Source: Lingula anatina (Eukaryota; Animalia; Brachiopoda). Taken from it: a stretch of 64,000 nt of DNA. Of the stretch, positions 26,722-39,242 are shown one piece after another. The notes below the pieces were generated by a model. That model did not search any database. It saw only the letters and a list, made by a program, of their open reading frames with translations, and was not told where the DNA came from. The DNA is taken from the NCBI GenBank assembly GCA_051362555.1, contig CM120644.1, positions 18,374,534 through 18,438,533 on the forward strand. The letters run 5' to 3'. Within the stretch, counting starts at the first letter, position 1; each line of letters starts with the position of its first letter. The position numbers and the translations under genes are program-made.

Positions 26722-29045
26722 AGAGTGAAGTGAGTGAAAGAACAAAGATGCTGTTACATGTTCAAGAGCCTTTTTTATGAAAAATAGGCCTACTTCGTAT
26801 GAATGTATTTGTATACTGTTTATTTGCCAATTTATCGTTATTTTTGGATAACTTCAAGTGTAATGAAGATTTAACCGTTATATTGAGATTAGTCGCCTGT
26901 CAATATACAAATAAATAGGGTGGCACTGGACCAGGTGGGTAAAAAGCACAGGCTTCTAATAATAGTCCTATTGGCTCTTCCCCGGTTCATTACCCTTGAA
27001 TACACGTATGAATTCCCAACTACTGTCTCTGGGTGACAGGAATGGTAGTCTGCCAGGAACCATAGTCCGTTCCCCATTACTTTGTAGGTGGCATTTGTCC
27101 CATATACGAACCCCAATACTGCGACTAACCCTAACCTGTTCTAGTCACATGGGACCCGGGCTTCAATTCCTAGCACTAACATTCCTGTCACAACGGGTCA
27201 AGCCAGTAAAGACTTGGGTTTCTCTACTATAGCATTCTTTATTCAGGTTTGCAATCTGTTTCACAACTGTAGCATTTTTAACTCTGTTCGCGGTCTCTCT
27301 ACAGCACCAATCTTATTGCTCTCAGATATCTGCTTCATAAATTGTTATGAATATCAAAGTGTTAGTCACCTGTTGTACAGGATAATTAACTAAAACTGGT
27401 AATTACGATCTTCTTCTGTTAATGTCTGGTATATAACCCTTCACGCATTTAAATTTCTATTTAACATGCATATACAGTACTGTATTTGAATAATTCGAAA
27501 GGTTGCGTGTCACGTTTCAACTTGTAGCATCTGAATTATTCTAAATTGTTGCAATCTATAAACAAGAATATCTTTACTTTTTACCCATAAAGAAAATATC
27601 AGCGTATGCCTATGTGTAGCAGCAGTGGCGTCTCTCTCACAGTTTGAAAAAGACAGGTATGGTACGTCGTGTTGCTGCTCGTGATGCACCTCGCAACCAC
27701 TTTACGGCAAGCTAGACGACGACCCTTTAACACGAAACAATTAACCGACGTTATATATTTTATAGGGTTTCGGGACTAAGAAAGCCAGGAGATGTAGTTA
27801 TCCTGTGTACCTATTATTTTAAGAGTGCTTGTGTAAAGGAAACAATATTAATGAGAAATATTCATCTTATGAACGCACTTCCGGGTTGGGGGTCCAACCC
27901 CCTTTGATGTCAGTACCTTTCTGCCTAAAAGCTGCTGAACCCGGCCCATAATTCAACACTCCCATCTTTTACAAAATATTGCATATACATGTACGTTATT
28001 GTAGCTTGCAGCCTTCCAAGATCGATGCTAGATCTGTTCATGATAATGCCATCTTGATTTATCAACAAAAAGATATGGGTGTCAAATTTTAAAAGTTGTA
28101 AATGATTCAAATTATTGTAATGCAGTCGCAAGCGTGATAGCACGACTCAGTAGTTCTTTATCTTATGCAATATCTTTTTTATAGTTATTTATCTTTCTCC
28201 TCTTTAAGTTAATTTTGTCACGCCAATTTACTAGAGGTGTAGATTCTGTAAAGAGTAGTTTTGGATTATATGAAATTTGAATCGACTGTGTTTTTCTCTC
28301 TCTCTTGGTCAAACTGAAATCGAAAATCGATAGAGCAGTTCTTATTACAACTCCTTTCTCGGATCAAGAGAAGTGAGACCTTACAGAGCCCGTTATAACC
28401 TTATGTCACTGTTGCATAGTCAGGCATATTACAAAAACTCAACACAAAGCACATTTTTATTCCTGTGCCCTATACATATACTTGTAGATAATTGCCCTAG
28501 TATTTGACAATTATCCACGTCTCAGATTAAAGAAAACTTTGTGCATACATGTATTAGCTTTAGTAAATCTACCCAGTTATAACACTGCATGCACCATGAC
28601 AACGGTACACAATATCTGAGTACATAACAAATTACAGGTTACCCATCAAATAATATACAAGCATTATGATAAATATCTCAATATCTCAAGAGCTACAGAT
28701 ACCATTCTATAATAATATGTCGCATATAACTGATATATATATATATATATAGATAGCCAACAAACTTAGTAATCACTGTATCATATGCATAGTCAAGTAG
28801 CTGTGGGGCAAACGTGGGACCCCCCCTTCCCCCCTCCCCTCACAGGTAGGTAAATTTATTATTACCTTCAACTTAAGAAGTGCAAGATATGTATCAATGT
28901 TGAGCACAGGTTCAATTCCGGCGCCTGTCTTCAGAATAAGATTATGAACAACGAGTGTTGATGTCATTTTGAAAGCATTTTCTTGGACAGAAGCTCTAAA
29001 GGAAAGCAACTTGCTGATTGATTGAAAAAAATTAAGGTAAACAGT

Positions 29046-30452
29046 ATGTTTCGGAGCATAAAATACAGGGCTAAGATTTAGAGGCGCCCATTGCTGGTGC
29101 TATTTGTGGTCTTTCAACTTAATGTGCTATACTTCGTTTCAATGGAGGACAAAATTCACAGACGCCTTAATGAAAAAGAACTAACGTCTTTTCATCAGCA
29201 AACTGGACGAATAGACGAACAAGAACTGAAGCAAACTGCTGAAGGTTCTGAGGCTACATGCAAAGCAAAAGCAGCCAGGCGTTTTCCAGATCTGTACACT
29301 ATTGCTCCAGCTCAGTTGGATGAAATAAATGCGGAAGATCAGCATTTCGTTTCATATAACGCAACTCGATGTTTCAAATTTGGTACTCTTAGGCGAAAGG
29401 AAAAGAATGGGTGTGTTTGTCAAAAAGGGTGGACTGGAAACGCCTGCAGCATACCAGAAGTTGCACGAGTCGGGATATCGAAACTCCCACAAGAAATTCA
29501 AAGAAAAATAAAAGTTCGCAGACATCCAAGAAAGGTCGTCATTTCAATGCTCCTGAATCACGAATTTGACACTTTGGAAGCGCTTTTGCACGAGCTAACA
29601 GGGTTGGTCGACGTAGTGATGATAGAAGAGTCGAATTTCACGCTTCACGGGGACCCAAAATTACCTTTGTTATACCAAAAACTACAAGATGGATATTTGT
29701 GCGATTTTTACTCAAATATCATCTATATTTATTTAGACCACTTTTTGGCAGACGGTAAAAAGCACGGATTTAAAATGGATCGGTATGCAAGAAACTTCCT
29801 CAAAAAAGGATTCCCAAGTATTGCAGCACTACGACCGGACGATCTGTTTTTTCATCTTGACGCCGACGAAGTCCCGTCCTGTGATGCAATAGCCTTTCTC
29901 AAATTCCATGACGGGTACCCTGAGCCCTTTGGCTTTGTTCTGAGGTGGTCTGTGTACGGATATTTCTGGAAAATGAACCGTGTTTTGAAATTGAGCTCCC
30001 CGGGTTGTTCGATAGGCATGCTCCGCCAAGTTTTTGACAACCAACCTGGTACGCTGCGAAAAGGATTAGGGGAGGTAAAAAAGAGTAAGGTATCAGAATA
30101 CAAGAAAGGAGGAAACGATGGTATGGCAACTCGGGGAACAGGGTAAATTTGCCGGATGGCATTGTTCATGGTGCTTCGATATAAATGGCATCAAAACGAA
30201 GTTGACATCCGCCTTGAGTGGGGATGGAGAGCGTTTTGGTGATGATCCGAAAAAGCAGAAATTGGACTTCCTTCGTACCTTAGTGAGAGAGGGACGCTGA
30301 TTGATGGCAATTATCTGGAGCCAAAAGGCATGAAGATGGCCTCTCCTGCTACCGACAAGTTTTTCGCACCTAATTTTATATTATCAAATAAGGAGAGGTT
30401 TAAACATCTTATCACAAACTATCTTTTGGATGAAAACGAAAAAACAACTTAA
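29046..30452 (+). pseudogene. MGAT3: MGAT3/GT17-like pseudogene, copy 3
   Basis: Codon 12 TAC>TAG (29079-29081), a 5-nt deletion at about 30120 (gatgtattggtatgg>gatggtatgg), and tggttt>tgatt at about 30298 (stop plus 1-nt loss). Otherwise near-identical to copy 2. Confidence 0.88.
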
Positions 30453-31479
30453 AGAGTGAAGTGAGTGAAAGAACAAAGATGCTGTTACATGTTCAAGAGC
30501 CTTTTTTATGAAAAATAGGCCTACTTCGTATGAATGTATTTGTATACTGTTTATTTGCCAATTTATTGTTATTTTTGGATAACTTCAAGTGTAATGAAAA
30601 TTTAACCGTTATATTGAGATTAGTCGCCTGTCAATATACAAATAAATAGGGTGGCACTGGACCAGGTGGGTAAAAAGCACAGGCTTCTAATAATAGTCCT
30701 ATTGGCTCTTCCCCGGTTCATTACCCTTGAATACACGTATGAATTCCCAACTACTGTCTCTGGGTGACAGGAATGGTAGTCTGCCAGGAACCATAGTCCG
30801 TTCCCCATTACTTTGTAGGTGGCATTTGTCCCATATACGAACCCCAATACTGCGACTAACCCTAACCTGTTCTAGTCACATGGGACCCGGGCTTCAATTC
30901 CTAGCACTACCATTCCTGTCACAACGGGTCAAGCCAGTAAAGACTTGGGTTTCTCTACTATAGCATTCTTTATTCAGGTTTGCAATCTGTTTCACAACTG
31001 TAGCATTTTTAACTCGGTTCGCAGTTTCTCCACAGCACCAATCTTATTGCTCTCAGATTTCTACTTCATAAATTGTTGTGAATATCAGAGTTTTAAACGC
31101 CTGTTTCACAGGATAATTGACAAACACTGGTAATTACGCGTTACTTCTGTCCTTGTCTGGTATATCACCCTTCACGCATTTAAATTTCTATTAAACATAC
31201 TTACCGTACCGTATTTGAATAATTCGAAAGCTTGTGCCCCACAATTAACTCAACTGATAGTATCTGAATTATTCTAAAATGATGCAATCTATAAACAAGT
31301 ATATTTTTATTTTCTACACCAAAAGAAAATATCAGCGTAGGCGTATGTGTAGCAACAGTGGCGTCTTTCTCACAGTTTGAAAAAGACGGGTATGGTCGTG
31401 TTGCTGCTAGTGAAGCCACGCGCAACCACTTTACGGAAAGCGAAACAACCGCCCTTTAATACGAAACAATACCAACCAG

Positions 31480-31667
31480 AGACCTACCAAACTACCAGAC
31501 TCGGCACATAAGGATCCTGAATTAACCGGTATATCGCACCACACTACCTGATTTCAAGGTGTGTGTCAGATCGCATTTCGGAGTATCATACCCTAGAACA
31601 AATTTTGTAGTACGACCGTGGGCTCATCCTGACGGTGTTCTGACTGATACTCCGAAATGCGATCTGT
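31480..31667. mobile_element. Truncated copy of the 8447-8997 MITE at a ~0.9-kb deletion in duplication unit 3
   Basis: One TIR arm (cctaccaaactaccagactcggcac...ggatcctgaattaaccgg) plus a short inverted piece replaces sequence present in units 1 and 2. Confidence 0.75.
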
Positions 31668-31704
31668 CATTCTATAATAATATGTCGCATATAGCTGATA
31701 TATA

Positions 31705-31749
<45 letters not shown>

Positions 31750-32039
31750 CCTTCTAAATTAGTAATCACTGTATCATGCATAGTCAAGTAGACAGGTAGC
31801 TGTGGGGCAAACGTGGGACCCCCCTTCCCCCCTCCCCTCACAGGTAGGTAAATTATTACCTTCAACTTAAGATGTGCAAGATATGTATCAATGTTGAGCA
31901 CAGCTTCAATTCCGGCGCCTGTCTGCAGAATAAGATTATGAACAAAGAGTGTTGATGTCATTTTGAAAACATTTTCTTGGACAAAAGGTCTAAAGGAAAG
32001 CAACTTGCTGATTGATTGAAAAAAATTAAGGTAAACAGT

Positions 32040-33452
32040 ATGTTTCGGAGCATAAAATACAGGGCTAAGATTTACAGGCGCCCATTACTGGTGCTATTTG
32101 TGGTCTTTCAACTTAGTGTGCTATACTTCGTTTCAATGGAGGACAAAATTCACAGACGCCTTAATGAAAAGGAACTAGCGTCTTTTCATCAGCAAACTGG
32201 ACGAATTGGCGAACATGAACTGAAGCAAACTGCTGAAAATTCTGAGGCTACATGCAAAGCAAAAGCAGCCAGGCGTTTTTCCGATCTGTACACTATTGCT
32301 CCAGCTCAGTTGGATGAAATAAATGCGGAAGACCAGCATTTCGTCTCATATAACGGAACTCGATGTTTCAAATTTGGTACTCTTTGGCGCAATGAAAAGA
32401 ATGGGTGTGTTTGTCAGAAGAGCTGGACTGGAAACGCCTGCAGCATACCCGAAGTTGCACGGCTCAGGATATCGAAACTCCCACAAGAAATTCAAAGAAA
32501 AATAAAAGTTCGCAGACATCCAAGAAAGGTCGTCATTTCAATGCTCCTGAATCACGAATTTGACACTTTGGAAGCGCTTTTGCACGAGCTAACAGGGTTG
32601 GTCGACGTAGTGATGATAGAAGAGTCGAATTTCACGCTTCACGGGGACCCAAAATTACCTTTGTTATACCAAAAACTACAAGATGGATACTTGTGCGATT
32701 TTTACTCAAATATCATCTATATTCATTTAGACCACTTTTTGGCAATCGGTAAAACGAACGGATTTAAAATGGAGCGGTATGCAAGAAACTTTCTCAAAAA
32801 AGGATTCCCGAGTATTGCAGAACTACGACCAGACGATCTGTTTCTTCATCTTGACGCCGATGAGATACCGTCCTGTGATGCAATAGCCTTTCTCAAATTC
32901 CATGACGGGTACCCTGAGCCCTTTGGCTTTGTTCTTAGGTGGTCTGTGTACGGATATTTCTGGAAAATGAACCGTGTTTGGACAGTGCAGTCCGCAGGGT
33001 GTTCGGTAGGCATGCTCCGCCAAGTTTTTGACAACCAACCTGGTACGCTGCGAAAAGGATTAGGCGAGGTAAAAAAGAGTAAGGTATCAGAATACAAGAA
33101 AGGAGGAAACGATGTATTGGTATGGCAACTCGGGGAACAGGGTAAATTTGCCGGATGGCATTGTTCATGGTGCTTCGATATAAATGGCATCAAAACGAAG
33201 TTGACATCCGCCTTGAGTGGGGATGGAGAGCGTTTTGGTGATGATCCGAAAAAGCAGAAATTGGACTTCCTTCGTACCTTAGTGAGAGAGGGACGCTGGT
33301 TTGATGGCAATTATCTGGAGCCAAAAGGCATGAAGATGGCCTCTCCCGCTACCGACAAGTTTTTCGCACCTAATTTTATATTATCAAATAAGGAGAGGTT
33401 TAAACATCTTATCACAAACTATCTTTTGGATGAAAACGAAAAAAATACATAA
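32040..33452 (+). CDS. MGAT3: MGAT3/GT17-like glycosyltransferase, copy 4 (470 aa)
   Basis: Intact ORF from ATG 32040, with GT17 motifs retained (DADEIP, GWHCSWCF). Confidence 0.9.
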   Translation: MFRSIKYRAKIYRRPLLVLFVVFQLSVLYFVSMEDKIHRRLNEKELASFHQQTGRIGEHELKQTAENSEATCKAKAARRFSDLYTIAPAQLDEINAEDQHFVSYNGTRCFKFGTLWRNEKNGCVCQKSWTGNACSIPEVARLRISKLPQEIQRKIKVRRHPRKVVISMLLNHEFDTLEALLHELTGLVDVVMIEESNFTLHGDPKLPLLYQKLQDGYLCDFYSNIIYIHLDHFLAIGKTNGFKMERYARNFLKKGFPSIAELRPDDLFLHLDADEIPSCDAIAFLKFHDGYPEPFGFVLRWSVYGYFWKMNRVWTVQSAGCSVGMLRQVFDNQPGTLRKGLGEVKKSKVSEYKKGGNDVLVWQLGEQGKFAGWHCSWCFDINGIKTKLTSALSGDGERFGDDPKKQKLDFLRTLVREGRWFDGNYLEPKGMKMASPATDKFFAPNFILSNKERFKHLITNYLLDENEKNT

Positions 33453-34716
33453 AGAGGCCACCGCATTAAGTGAGCCTGTGAACAAAGATTCTGTAACATT
33501 CAGCAGTTTTTTTTATGAAAAATACTTTGTGTGATCGCATATGTGTACACTGTTTAGTCGCCAATTTATTGTTTTTTTTTTTTTTCGGATGAAAACGAAA
33601 ACCTTCCTCTCTATGTTTATATGTTCTGCAAGTAAACTGTGTGCTTTTGTATTAGGCAGTATATTCTATATTGAAGTCAATCACCTGACCAACAAGTGAC
33701 ACGCCTTTAAAAGCAAAAAGGAGATATCATGGCCATAAAACTGTCACAGGGATGATTCAAGGCGGGAAGCGGAAAGCCTTGGGACACAATTTTCATCGTA
33801 GTCGCGTGATATTTTATCTGTCAAACAGGTATGAGTTAAGTGATCCAGGGGAAGGCACCGTTATCACGCTCTCCACCCCTTAGCTTCCGCGAAATCCCAT
33901 TCACCCCCTCCCACAGAGCTTTATAACGAGATAAGAAGGCAAAATCCAGCAGTTTTTCCATTCCCTTCATATTGTAGTAGAAAAATACCTTGCCGCCCCT
34001 GAGCGAAAACCAAGATAAAACTCAGAGCTGCCTATGAAAACGGACTAAATATTTAAGTTGCGTAGACAAAGATGGTGCTGATCGGTTTGAGACCAATTTT
34101 AAAAATAGTGAGAAACTACACTAAAAAAGGCTATGGCAGCTATGTAGATATGTCAAGGGATCGACAGGATACTATAAAAGTCATAACTATACTGCTATAA
34201 GAACAAAAGTTATCAGGTCATCTTTCTTTCATTGATTACTAATTTACCTTTTCTTTTCATCTGCAAGTTTTAACTTTAATTTTATTAAATTATTATTTAA
34301 TTTTATTTTTTTTTATTAAAATATAAAGATCTAGATGAAATAAAAGTAATCTAATCCGTAAGAATTTACATATATATGGCATTATCGCATTATTCATCGC
34401 TGTCTTGTACAGTCAACTCACTTATTATAATTATCATGAGATAAAACTGTGTGGTCATTACAGTTATATTGAATGGACCTAAGCGAGAATGATGAGACGA
34501 CGAACGTAATGTGGATGTTCTAAATAAATTGATACGTTTTCTCAACGATAGGAAACAAATGAGCCCGATCACCATGCAGCAAAGCACGAGTTATTCACTT
34601 AATGCGATTAATTCGCATGTTTATTTAAGAACTCGTGGAGGAAATCAATTTTGATGTATTCATAGTGCTCAGATTTTAAAACTGTTCAATGTCTACACTT
34701 TAACTAAAAGCGTACC

Positions 34717-34759
34717 TGTGATAGCTTTCGTCCCAGCATTTAGGACTTCATCAGTCACA
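34717..34759 (-). ncRNA. Minimal type I hammerhead ribozyme (Penelope/retrozyme-like)
   Basis: Minus strand reads UGUGA CUGAUGA A GUCC-uaaaugcug-GGAC GAAA GC UA UCACA: stem I (UGUGA/UCACA), conserved core, stem II (GUCC/GGAC), palindromic minimal stem III (AGCU) and an NUH site. Confidence 0.8.
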
Positions 34760-34868
34760 CTGAAGTTATAGTGTAGAAATTGAACAGTTTTAAAATTCCA
34801 TCATCATGGAACATTACTTATATGACATTGCTACACAGACATGATGTATTTTTATTAAAGGTTGATAA

Positions 34869-34918
<50 letters not shown>

Positions 34919-36879
34919 CATGTACAAATTTGAAACTGTTAACTGCTGCATAATTAAACTCCTCTACCCCATGCCCTCGTAAGTGTGAGAAAGATAATCT
35001 TATTAAAATGGTTATTAATTCAGGTATAATATATCCTATCTTCTTCATGTACTTGTGCAGTAGAAATAATTAATCTTCTGTTTTATTCACCATTCGAGAC
35101 GCTTCCGCTTTTTAAGGTTTCCTATCTGGTATTTTCAAGCTGTATCGGATTTTTTTTAAAGAAAGTAATTTGTTTCCGAAATAACGAATTAATTCTTGGT
35201 CCGACCCTGCACTTGGATTCGATATATTATTTTGAATTAAAAAATGAAGTTCTGAATGTTTATTGCAACGTTAAGTTCTTGACCCCCATATCGTCATGTC
35301 CATTTCAGAAGAAAAAACCGACATCAGATAGTTTTATTTGAGGGGTTATGTAGTATTCAAGCTCTGAATTGGGAAAGGGGAGTAGCTTTAGTAGGGTGTG
35401 AAGACAAGAAAAATTACCATTAAACTCCATTCATCTATATAGGACGGAGTTAATTGCTTGCGACGCGGTAAGCCACTTCTTCCTGAGTATAATATATGTA
35501 TATGTTTCACTTGTGAGAGAGAGAATAACTGACAATGTCTCTTAACATGATAGGAAAACGCAGCATCTGATTTAAGCAACCTATTCCTGTGTTTAAAAGT
35601 TTTCTTACGGCTCTCCTACACAAGCAGTGCGATTATCAGAAACAATTTGCAACGAACTTGATAGTGTAATGGGCCGTCATATGAGATAAGATAAGAACCG
35701 TAGTACTCACTTTTAAGATAATTGTATGGAAATTAATATGCAAATTAATACTCATTTAGTATTCATATGTCTTTATGGCGATCTTTGGGTAGACGGCTTA
35801 TGTAATTGTAAGAGCTCGTACTGTTCTAAAGCGGTTTTTTACTCTCCTATTAAAAGTGCATATGTCTACCCAGAAATTGTCCCACATTTGACATTTTCCC
35901 ATAATGTCTCACTTTCGCCTCTTCAATTACATTTCTTACATGTTAAATAGTAGTAGGGGAGCTTCCTCGAATTTGTCCTGTTGGTATGAATATTAATTTG
36001 ACAAAAAGCAGCAGTGAAAGTCACTATCAGTGAAAATTTGAAAGGTTTCATGATAAAAGGTCCACATCTTCAGAAAAAGAACACCCCCCTTGTGTGCTGG
36101 CTGCGGGCTTGTGATATACATATATACATATATACATATACTGGCCTGGTACGCCAATGTCCCTGGGGAAGCGGCTGCGTTTCGCTCAAAGCTAAAGAAG
36201 AATAAATTTAAATCTTGGCCTCGTATGAATGGGCGTTCAAGCTGCCAGTCATTACGACGGCTAAGTGTCAGCCTCTCAGATTGCCTAAAGGTAAAAATGT
36301 ACCACTAAATCACTTTATCCCCCCCCCACCCTCCAAAAAAAAAAAAAGAGCTTGGAGAAGTTAAATTTTACTTGACAGTCATGAAGTATTTCTGATCTAC
36401 ATTTCGATGGCAGGTATTTCTGGAATTTTGGAAAACAGACGGTGCGTTTTAGTGACATTCGCTCTCAGGCAAGGGATTACGTGAACATATTTTATTTACT
36501 TAATAATTAATCAATAACCATTGATCTATTTTTAACAAAGCTGTTGCAAATATAGTGGTTAACAGGGCTATATACAGTATTTTGTGACATTGTATTTCGT
36601 CTTTGTGAATGACAAAGAAGCGTGGTAAATAGTGACAATAGGCGTGTTTGTCGATTGGCATAGAGATTAACTAACACATTTAAACAGAGTTCACGTTTCA
36701 AGTTTCAGCTGACACCCCCCCTCCGCCCCTTCCAGCCCCCATCATTTACCAATGGGAAGAGATAGCAATTTTTAGCGTAATTTACAAACTATAAGGGATA
36801 CGATATGAGAAACATGCGGAAAACTAAATAATATCCCGGACATATTTTATTTAAACCTTTACCGCACGGTTTACACCAT

Positions 36880-37205
36880 CAGTAGCCAGAAAACAATTAA
36901 AGGAAAACCTTATATCACATTGTTGACAATAAAATCTAAACCATGACCGCCAAAAAGCCATAAACCAAATGTAAGAAAGACTTATTTCACATTGTTGATA
37001 ATAAAATCTAAACCACGACCGAGAAAAATTTGCATAAATCTGTTACTCCATAGCTATTACAAATAGTTGCCAGAAAACAATTGAAGGAAAGACTTATTTC
37101 ACATAGTTGATGATAAAATCTAAACCACGACCGAGGAAAATTTGAATAAATCAGTAACTCCATAGCTATTACCAATAGTCGCCAGAAAACAATTGAAGGA
37201 AAGTC
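36880..37205. repeat. ~110-bp tandem repeat, ~3 copies
   Basis: gccagaaaacaatt(g/a)aaggaaa and ataaaatctaaacca(c/t)gaccg recur at about 36885, 37070 and 37180. Confidence 0.8.
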
Positions 37206-37258
37206 TCTACGTGCTCAAAGTGAGAAACGTTAGTAGTAGTAGTTTCTACTTTCAGGCA

Positions 37259-37830
37259 TTACAGAAGATAGCCTCTCGCATCAGCTTTCTTGATTCCAGC
37301 AAAGATCATTTTCGTGCCTGGGATATTCTTCTTCGGGTTCTCCAGGTATTCGAAGATGGTTTCCCGCCCGCAAGTAATGCCTAAAAAAAAAAAAACACAA
37401 ATATATCAAATTTTATAGCTCACATGCAGGGCTACCTGAAAAAGGAGAAGTCGTATCGACTTGTGACGCTTTACTGTTTATGAAAGAGTGTGGAAGTAAA
37501 ACAGACCCTCCCCTTTGATAGAATGTAGATAGTTCTGTACATGCATGCGAGCGCTAGCGTGTGTGTGTGTGTGTGTGTGTATGTGTGTGTGTGTGTGAAA
37601 GAGCAAGCGCACATTCAATCAAAACACATACCTGTAGCATTGTTTGCCTCAGTGTAAACAAATCCTGGTGCCTGCCCATTTTGGCGGCCAAGAAGCCCGT
37701 AGAAGTTTGATCCAGTCTTATGAGGTTGATCCTTAAGAACTACATGACATCCGCCACATTGCTCTTTATAAATTGCCCTCCCCTTCTCAAAGACCCCGTT
37801 GGTAGCTCCACATCTGTATGACCCCACAAC
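37259..37830 (-). pseudogene. Cytochrome c tandem duplicate, probable pseudogene
   Basis: Exons 37830-37632 and 37380-37259 share the phase-1 intron of the intact gene. CGGCH and PGTKMIFAG are retained, but ATG>GTG, conserved Trp59>Cys, Pro30>Ser, Tyr74>Asn, and a premature TAA falls ~9 codons early. Confidence 0.8.
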
Positions 37831-39072
37831 CTGTGCAAAAAAAAAACATTATAGAGGATAAAAAATAAGTTCAATTTTTTTTTTCGTGTTTCATTATCTT
37901 ATCTTTTCAAAACAAAATTAAAAACCACTTTTTAGAGTGCTTTCAACTAGTCGAAGACAGGAATGGCAAGGTACGGTTGATTTTAGATGTACTAAGCATA
38001 GAAGTACTAAGTCATAACAGGCCCAACCAGTCAAATGGGTCTGGCAAAAGCAATTCAAGGGAAAATTTGCCGACACTGACAAGTTGGAAATAAATAAATG
38101 ACCTCTCGGTTAGAGCAGGTGGAGGTATTATTTCTGTAGTTCTTTTCCATATCTTCACAGTGCTGGAATGGTACTGATAGCGGTTTCTGTACCGGGATGA
38201 AAAAAAAACTCTTTTACATAATTTTAGATTTTTTCAGCGTGGAATCGGCTATTTGCATGACAGCGGAATTGGTTAACAAAACTTTTTCATGCCACCCAGT
38301 CTTTTTTTTTTTTTTTTTTTTTACCACCACATTACGGGTATTTCTAAATTCATTTATATTATTCAAATATGTTTTGACATCAAGCATTGCCGAAAAACTT
38401 CAGAATTTCTTGATTTATAGTGTTGTTGATCGCCAGAGCTACATCAGTTTGGAGACACCAATTTAAGGATGTCACAAGCATCCTTTAAATATTATTAAGA
38501 ACGTAAAATTTTCTATTACCATCTAAGAAAGTTTTAAATTCAAAGTTTCAACATTGAAAAGAAGGGAGATCATTTCTATAGCTACTGGGTAGATCTTTTA
38601 TTTCCAATTCTCTGCTGAAACAATTACATTCCAAATATGTACTCGCATCAGTATTGAAAAATTTTAAATATCATCTCTGACAAAGATCTTTCACGCTTTT
38701 CCAGCTAATATATATATATTATATATTATCCCAGCTCCATCCACTTATCGACATATCTGAATGTAGTACCACATTTCTGAAATAGTAATATTTGTTATAT
38801 AATCATATCTGAATGCAATGCCAACTTTTGAGCTACAAATACGTGATACATACAGTGTACATGTATAGGTTAAAGATATTTTATACGTGTTTGAAAATGT
38901 CCAAATCATTATTCCTTGTCTAAATATGCTGCAAAACTTATAATGTGTCAAGGGAGTAGCCTTTTTATTTAGTTGTTCACTTTATGATGACCATAAAAGG
39001 CGTATTTTTGATAACCCACTGGACTCGATAAATGATAACAACGACTAACTATAATTCATTATGACTATAAAC

Positions 39073-39242
39073 CAGGGGCGGATTGAGGCCGTCTTCTGGG
39101 TCTTCCGGACGACGGTCAGAATTTTTCAAGTTTACATTAATAATGGGAACTATTTTTTGTCAGAAGACGGTTCATAATGGGAGTATGGATCAACTATAAT
39201 AATTTGGAAGACTGTCAGAAAATATCGCTGGATCCGCCCTTG
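39073..39242. mobile_element. hAT5-like MITE (family of 1355-1518)
   Basis: caggggcggattgaggcc...ctggatccgcccttg with TAAAC on both sides. Confidence 0.75.

Larger units (their letters stand above)
22942..33600 (+). repeat. Tandem segmental triplication carrying MGAT3-like copies 2-4
   Basis: Units begin atttaaccgt(c/t)atattgagattagtcgcctgtc at about 22945, 26870 and 30600. ATG spacing is 3737 and 2994 bp. Confidence 0.9.
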
